A stretch of 64,000 nucleotides of DNA from Monocercomonoides exilis PA203 (taxonomy: Eukaryota > Protista > Preaxostyla): contig LSRY02000010.1 in NCBI GenBank assembly GCA_001643675.2, positions 992,001 to 1,056,000 on the forward strand, in the 5' to 3' direction. The translations under genes and the position numbers were made by a program. The notes below the pieces were generated by a model. That model searched no databases. It was not told where the DNA came from and saw only the letters and a program-made list of their open reading frames with translations. Shown here piece by piece: positions 58,565-64,000 of the stretch. Numbering within the stretch: the stretch's first letter is position 1; the number at the start of each line of letters is the position of its first letter.

Positions 58565-61500
58565 TTATTCATCGTCATCATCATCGTCGTCGTCATGATA
58601 CTGCCAAATAGAAAGTATCTTTTCCATCTCGCTTTCCATTTTCTTTCCACTTGCCGCTGCTCCATTTCCAGAACTACCAACTCTTGAATACGAAGGCAAT
58701 GAATCTTTTTTCACTTTAAATGCATTTTTGTCATCATCATCCTTTTTTGGAGAAGCAGCTCCTCTCCCAAAAGCCGACTTTGGCAGCAATCCTTTTCCTA
58801 TTTCGTTTCCAACGCCAGATGGGGTGTTTTGCTCCCTTTCTGTTTTATATGCTGATGACATGAATCTTGATGGAGGAACAAGAGTGCGTCTTCCAACAAC
58901 AGGAGAGCCAGATGAGGCAGAGCCAGTTGCCGATGCATTTGAAGGAGAAATTGCAGTTGACGATGGCGTTGATGCTGAGACAGGAGAAGGGCGATTGGCA
59001 AACCTGTCATTCAATCCTGAGGGGAAACGAGGCGTGCGAGTTGAGAAGGAACCAGAGGAAAATGGCACAGCAATTGAAGAAGAAGGCACTTGAGATGTTG
59101 GCTTTGACAAAAATGAAGACGAACGAATGGTTTCAGAAGATCTTGGAGGTGAATTATGTTTAGTTCGTGAGTTTTTGCCAAAAATACTTGAAGAAGATGA
59201 TGATGACGATGAAATGTCAAAAGAAGAAGACGACGACGAAGATTCGTTTTTGAGCCAATCTCTGTCATTAGAATGCGGAGAAGCGCTGTGAGTGCGATGG
59301 AAATCGCGGTTGCTGTGGTGTTGGTGCTGATGCTGTGAACGGCGATGAAGAGGTGAATGATGGCTGCGGTGATGAGGGTGGGATGAAGGCGAGGCGGAAT
59401 AAGAGCGGCGAAGTGGCGATTGTCCAAATGAATTGAATGGAGAATGACGTGAAGCGAATGGAGAGGCGCCAGCAAAAGAAGCTGTTGAAGTTGAAAGTGT
59501 TGGAGACAAAGAAAAAAATGATTCGTTTCCTGGTCTGTGAGGTGAAAGTGAGGTGTATCTTTTTGAGTGTGTTGGTGTGGATGAAACAGACCTTCGAGTA
59601 GGTGAATGTGAATGTCGAGAAGAAGATGATGAAGATGAAGATGAAGATACTCCTATATCGTTGCGACTTGGAGACTTTGAAGATGAATGGTGACGAGAGC
59701 GCCTGGCACGCGAATTAGAGTGAGAATGAGGCGAAGAGTGAGAATGATGCGATGGCGAACGAGACGGTGAATGAGATGACGAATGATGTGAACTTCGACT
59801 TCTCTCTCTGCTTCTCTGGCTGTCTGACTGAACAACTGGAGAAGCATCAAACCGCACTCTCACGTTACTTCTACCTTCATTTTCTGTTCGGTTTATTCCT
59901 CTGAAGCTTTCAACACCGTCAACTCGAGGAGGACTGTGTTGAGATGTGTATAAAGATTTGATGAAGGAAGACGATGATGAAGAAGGTGGTGATGGCGCAG
60001 GTGATTGTTGCGAAGTTGTTGCCTTTTTGTGCCACCCAGTGTATGTTGGTGCAAGGCGTGGAGCAAATAAATCTAAAGGACCCTCATCTGTATCTTCGTC
60101 ATCATCATCTTCCTCTTCTTCCTCTTTTTTTTCTTTCCTCATCATTCCACGCAAACCTGTCAGTGGAGATAGCTCACGAAGAAGCAGTTGAGATGATCCA
60201 GATGCAGACGCTGAAGCTGAAGCAGAAGCAGAAGCAGAAGAGGACGAATATTGTGAAACTTCTCGCGGAGGAGTTGATGTTGGCGATAAAGTATTTGCAG
60301 ATAAAGAAGCTGATCCACTTTTATTTTCTTCACTTTTTTTAATGTCACGGAAAGCCGACAATGGTGTCACGTGCACAACATCAGGCTTCTGTAGAACTTC
60401 CTCTTCACCGTCTTTATTGCTTGCCGTGTTACTTGAGTTAATAGGTTCGTTTTCAACTTCATTCTTTCTGAGAGAATTTGAATCTGATTCTTCGTCTTCT
60501 GTCTCACTATCGGACTTATCCAATGATTTACTATTTTGATTTCCATTTTTCGCTCCTTTCTTGGAAAAGTCTGGAAGTAACGAAGCAATAGCTTCTGCAA
60601 TCCCCATTCCTTTCATTAGAGCTCCTCCAAACAAAGCACCTTCTGGTTCATAATCATCGCTCACTCCACTTCGACGGTTCCTAATTTCATTTTCCAATCG
60701 CCCTCGCAAATTTTCGGACTTTTTGAAATTATCTCCTTCATTTCTTTCCATTTCGCTTTTTCTTTTTTCTTCAAGATAATTATTCTCAGACTCACTGCTT
60801 TCATTCTCTTCTGAAAGATAACTGTTTGGTGTTGATTCAATATTTCGAATATTTTCATCATCACTTTCAGAAATGCCTCTCATTTGATCTGAAATATCTC
60901 CAAATTCATCATTTCCTTCTGCGTCCAACTCTTCGTTCTTCCGTCTGTTGATATATTTCCTTGCATCTTCGTCTTTTCTTGTCAACTTACTCCGGATTGA
61001 TTGCGAAACTTCATCCAGTTCACTCATCACTTTGCTGATTGTAGAGTGAACCTCCTTCTGCCTTTCGCTATTGCCAGCCAGAATCGCTGCTCGGATAATT
61101 TTCTCTCTTTCTTCCTCTTTCATTGGAGGCGATAGAAGAGCACTTCTTTTTGTACCGTTGCTGACGCTGTTTCTGCCAAACCCAAAATCTCTTCCACGTC
61201 TGGTTTCTTCTTCTTTTGAAGCGCCAAAGACTTCCCTCTTCCACTGTGCATCAGGAATCGAATCAATTCCGCTGAGTGCTTCGCCAACTTGCCTTTCATA
61301 ACTTCGTCTTATCGAATCTTCAGTCATATCAGAAAGAATTGATGGAGATAGCGGAGGACGAGATGCAAAGCGAGAACCGGCAAATGCTCTATTGTCTTGG
61401 CTTCCCATCCTTTCTGCCCTGCTCAGCAACTTCCCATCGTTCAATGAACCTTCTAATAAGTTTCCTGAATTCGGAATTTCGCTCTGGAATGGTGGAACAG

Positions 61501-63103
61501 GATGTGGAGGCATTACAACAACTTGTGTTTGTGCCAATGGAAGGACAACATCTGGGACTTTTTCTTGTTTGTCTTCTTCGACTTGCTGTTTCTGTCGCTG
61601 TTGTGCATCATTCTTCGGAGATTTTTGATTTGAAATTGTTTCTTTATTTCTTTCTTTGCTTCTTTCTCGGCTTTGTTTCTTTGATTTTTGTTTTGTTTCT
61701 TTTTTTGACTTTTCAGGTGCCCTTGATTTTTTGCTGTTTTTACTTGATTTCTTCTTCTTTCTCTTGTCTCTTTTTGTCTCGCTTTCTTCACTTTCATATT
61801 TATAGCTCTCGCTTTCGTTAGAAGTGCTGCTTTCTTCTTCTTCTTCTTCTTCTTCTTCTTCGGTTTCATTGCTTCTTTCTCTTTCATCACTTTCATCAGA
61901 TTCATCATATTTATCTTCTCTACTGTCGCTACTACTTCCACTACTATCATTTGAAGAACTTTCATCATCTTCTTCTTCTTCACTTTCCCATTTTTTGTTC
62001 TTTCCATTCTTCTTCTTTTTTGCTTCTTTTTTGCTTCTTTTATCTTCTTTCCCTTTTGATTTTTTTGATTTTTTCTTTTCTGCTTTTGATTTTCTTGGAT
62101 TTTCTTTCTCCTTCATTGCAGCAGCGAGTGCAGCAAATGACGGAATTGCCGTCACAACTCCAGGATGAGATGGAATGGACTGAGGGACCGGAAGAGGAAG
62201 AGGAGTAACAAATGGAGCTTGAGGCTGCATCTGACCTTTTGGTGCAATTGAATGGATTTGTGAATATTTACCTCTTGCGCTCAAATCATGAGCTGGTGCG
62301 TCGTAATATTGCTGTGTCGATGTGACTGATCCAATAAATGGAGAATCAAGATTTTGTTGAGGATAAGAAGAGGGTGAAGGTGAAAGAGGGCTTGGCGATG
62401 GAGAATCAATTGAAGATTCCGTAAAAGACAAATGAGAAAAAAATTGTTTAAGCCCTGACAAAGTTCCAAGCCTGAACGTCACGCTAACAATTCCAAGTTC
62501 CCCTAATTCTCCTCGAAACTGACTTGATGCGTTTGACTTGCTTGTTATTAATGGATTCTGAAGTGCAATTTGCTTTGTGACTTCAACAATTCTATATGAT
62601 GAAGATTTTTCTTGATTTTGCGCATAATATGCATTACATAAAGTATTTATCACGGGTTTCATTGGAAATTTACATATTCCAAGAAGAATCGTTGGCTGTG
62701 AAGCGATTTCAAGAAGAGATGACGATTGAAATTGACTTGCTCTGAGCTTCATCCATATTTCTTCTATAACAGATACCCTTTGAGACACATATAATTGTCC
62801 GCTGGATTTTGTTGATGATTCGCGTTTTACTGCATCTGGTTTCTTTACGACATGAGAAAGGTCAAAAATCACTGTATGCCCAAGTGACGAAGTCGCTTCA
62901 GCTGGAATTGAGCGAGATTGAAGTCCAGGTATTGCTATTTCTGGAAGTAAATTACTTTTAATTCTACAATAAATTTCATTCACTGAATATATTGTTGAAA
63001 TTGTTGTCGATTGTGATTTTTCAGTACTCTCAAAACTTGGAAAACTTAACTGTAGTGGATGTCCTGTTAATGAAGATATTGTTACAGCTAAGAAAGGAGT
63101 CAT
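58565..63103 (-). CDS. 1512-aa protein with an N-terminal C2-like domain (C2CD3-like) and a long disordered tail
   Basis: IEEIWMK..LLGICKFPM..QNPL..GIVSVTFRLG resembles ciliary C2 domains; then K/E-rich and S/R/H-rich low complexity. Confidence 0.55.
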   Translation of the reverse strand: MTPFLAVTISSLTGHPLQLSFPSFESTEKSQSTTISTIYSVNEIYCRIKSNLLPEIAIPGLQSRSIPAEATSSLGHTVIFDLSHVVKKPDAVKRESSTKSSGQLYVSQRVSVIEEIWMKLRASQFQSSSLLEIASQPTILLGICKFPMKPVINTLCNAYYAQNQEKSSSYRIVEVTKQIALQNPLITSKSNASSQFRGELGELGIVSVTFRLGTLSGLKQFFSHLSFTESSIDSPSPSPLSPSPSSYPQQNLDSPFIGSVTSTQQYYDAPAHDLSARGKYSQIHSIAPKGQMQPQAPFVTPLPLPVPQSIPSHPGVVTAIPSFAALAAAMKEKENPRKSKAEKKKSKKSKGKEDKRSKKEAKKKKNGKNKKWESEEEEDDESSSNDSSGSSSDSREDKYDESDESDERERSNETEEEEEEEEEESSTSNESESYKYESEESETKRDKRKKKKSSKNSKKSRAPEKSKKETKQKSKKQSRERSKERNKETISNQKSPKNDAQQRQKQQVEEDKQEKVPDVVLPLAQTQVVVMPPHPVPPFQSEIPNSGNLLEGSLNDGKLLSRAERMGSQDNRAFAGSRFASRPPLSPSILSDMTEDSIRRSYERQVGEALSGIDSIPDAQWKREVFGASKEEETRRGRDFGFGRNSVSNGTKRSALLSPPMKEEEREKIIRAAILAGNSERQKEVHSTISKVMSELDEVSQSIRSKLTRKDEDARKYINRRKNEELDAEGNDEFGDISDQMRGISESDDENIRNIESTPNSYLSEENESSESENNYLEEKRKSEMERNEGDNFKKSENLRGRLENEIRNRRSGVSDDYEPEGALFGGALMKGMGIAEAIASLLPDFSKKGAKNGNQNSKSLDKSDSETEDEESDSNSLRKNEVENEPINSSNTASNKDGEEEVLQKPDVVHVTPLSAFRDIKKSEENKSGSASLSANTLSPTSTPPREVSQYSSSSASASASASASASGSSQLLLRELSPLTGLRGMMRKEKKEEEEEDDDDEDTDEGPLDLFAPRLAPTYTGWHKKATTSQQSPAPSPPSSSSSSFIKSLYTSQHSPPRVDGVESFRGINRTENEGRSNVRVRFDASPVVQSDSQRSRERSRSSHHSSSHSPSRSPSHHSHSSPHSHSNSRARRSRHHSSSKSPSRNDIGVSSSSSSSSSSRHSHSPTRRSVSSTPTHSKRYTSLSPHRPGNESFFSLSPTLSTSTASFAGASPFASRHSPFNSFGQSPLRRSYSASPSSHPHHRSHHSPLHRRSQHQHQHHSNRDFHRTHSASPHSNDRDWLKNESSSSSSSFDISSSSSSSSSIFGKNSRTKHNSPPRSSETIRSSSFLSKPTSQVPSSSIAVPFSSGSFSTRTPRFPSGLNDRFANRPSPVSASTPSSTAISPSNASATGSASSGSPVVGRRTLVPPSRFMSSAYKTEREQNTPSGVGNEIGKGLLPKSAFGRGAASPKKDDDDKNAFKVKKDSLPSYSRVGSSGNGAAASGKKMESEMEKILSIWQYHDDDDDDDDE

Positions 63104-63719
63104 TCAGATTCTGTTTTCTTAGTCTCGTCTCAAACGCAATATTTTGAAATTTATATGATCGAAACCCTAATAAAAATTTTCAAAAGAGAAAATACAACAT
63201 CAGTGAAGTTGTCCATTAAAGAAATAAAGAAACAAAAATGAATGGTTTTCATTTTCTGCGTGCATTACAAAAATATTTTTTCTTATTTCTAATGATGTTT
63301 TCGACGCTGATAATTAATATTTATATGTTGAATATTCTCCAAATAAAATTTGATTTCAATGTTTAAAAAATCGATTTCAAAGTTCAATAATTCAATTTCG
63401 AAACATGAAAAATTCAAATTTTGTGTTTTTATTGATTTGTTTTGCGTCATTTAAATAATCTTTATTTTAACATGAGGAAAGAATCGAAATTTTTGTCTTC
63501 AAGTCAGCCAGCGAATTTTGTTCACGTCATTAGCTTTTTTTTAAAAAAATAATAATAAAAGGACAAATAGACTATTTTTTATAAGGAAAAAACTCTTCAT
63601 TTTTGAAAGATTGAAAATCCCGAAAATTGAAAAGAAAAGAAAAATGAAAAAAACTGAATTAAATTATAATAAAAAGGCTCCTGATATAAAAATTTTCTCT
63701 AATAAAATGACAAACTTAA

Positions 63720-64000
63720 AAATGTCTAGCATAAATAACTCGATAAGTTTCTTTTCAAAAATTCATTTTAATGTGCATCAACAAACAATAACTTGCGAAA
63801 ATATCATTACATCCTTCTTCCTCCAATTTCTGCAATATCTCATGTTTAACTATTTGACATTCTTTCTTATCATCATTCTTTCCACATTTTCCATTCAAAA
63901 TGCACGAAATTCCTCTGAATATTAGCAAAGTGTGATTTGCAGTGTAATCATCCAGAAATGACATACATATTACCTTGATCAAGGCATCCACTGCCCCTCC
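63720..64000 (-). CDS. 3' end of another member of the 1..1239 family (partial, possibly decayed)
   Basis: GGAVDALI..KLEEEGCNDI matches SGAFDLIL..RMEEEGYEDI. Confidence 0.6.

Noticed and set aside
1-64000. Alternative genetic code (TAA/TAG = Gln) as in some oxymonads and diplomonads
   Set aside because: GAPDH, RPL27A and others end at TAA at the expected position; ORF breaks are explained by GT..AG introns
1-64000. CRISPR arrays, rRNA or tRNA genes, prokaryotic operons
   Set aside because: No repeat-spacer arrays or recognisable structured RNA genes seen; genes carry spliceosomal introns

Overview
AT-rich, intron-containing eukaryotic DNA in the standard genetic code (genes end in TAA/TAG/TGA; short GT..AG introns, often GTTTG/GTATG donors). 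The style (huge (TCT)n-encoded poly-Ser tracts, a Pmp-like receptor pseudokinase, a multicopy lineage-specific family, bacterial-type GAPDH) suggests an anaerobic metamonad such as the oxymonad Monocercomonoides; this is inference. Recognisable genes: a ZZ-zinc-finger Ser-rich giant protein, GAPDH, a 4-exon bacterial-type selenophosphate synthetase (SelD) fused to a C-terminal YedF/DsrE-like domain, a receptor-like pseudokinase, a nicolin-1-like gene, RPL27A, RAD50, a UBE2W-like E2, a possible RNASEK/V-ATPase f subunit, DPH7, a C2-domain protein and several hypotheticals. Mobile DNA: an intact intron-containing pogo/Fot-type DD35D transposon with TIRs and TA duplication, a decayed relative inserted in a host gene, a CAGT-ended MITE in the same gene, a ~268-bp putative MITE present twice (one nested) and a fold-back palindrome. 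The best candidate for a little-described system is the spliced SelD-YedF/DsrE fusion, which suggests a laterally acquired selenium activation/relay pathway in a eukaryote.
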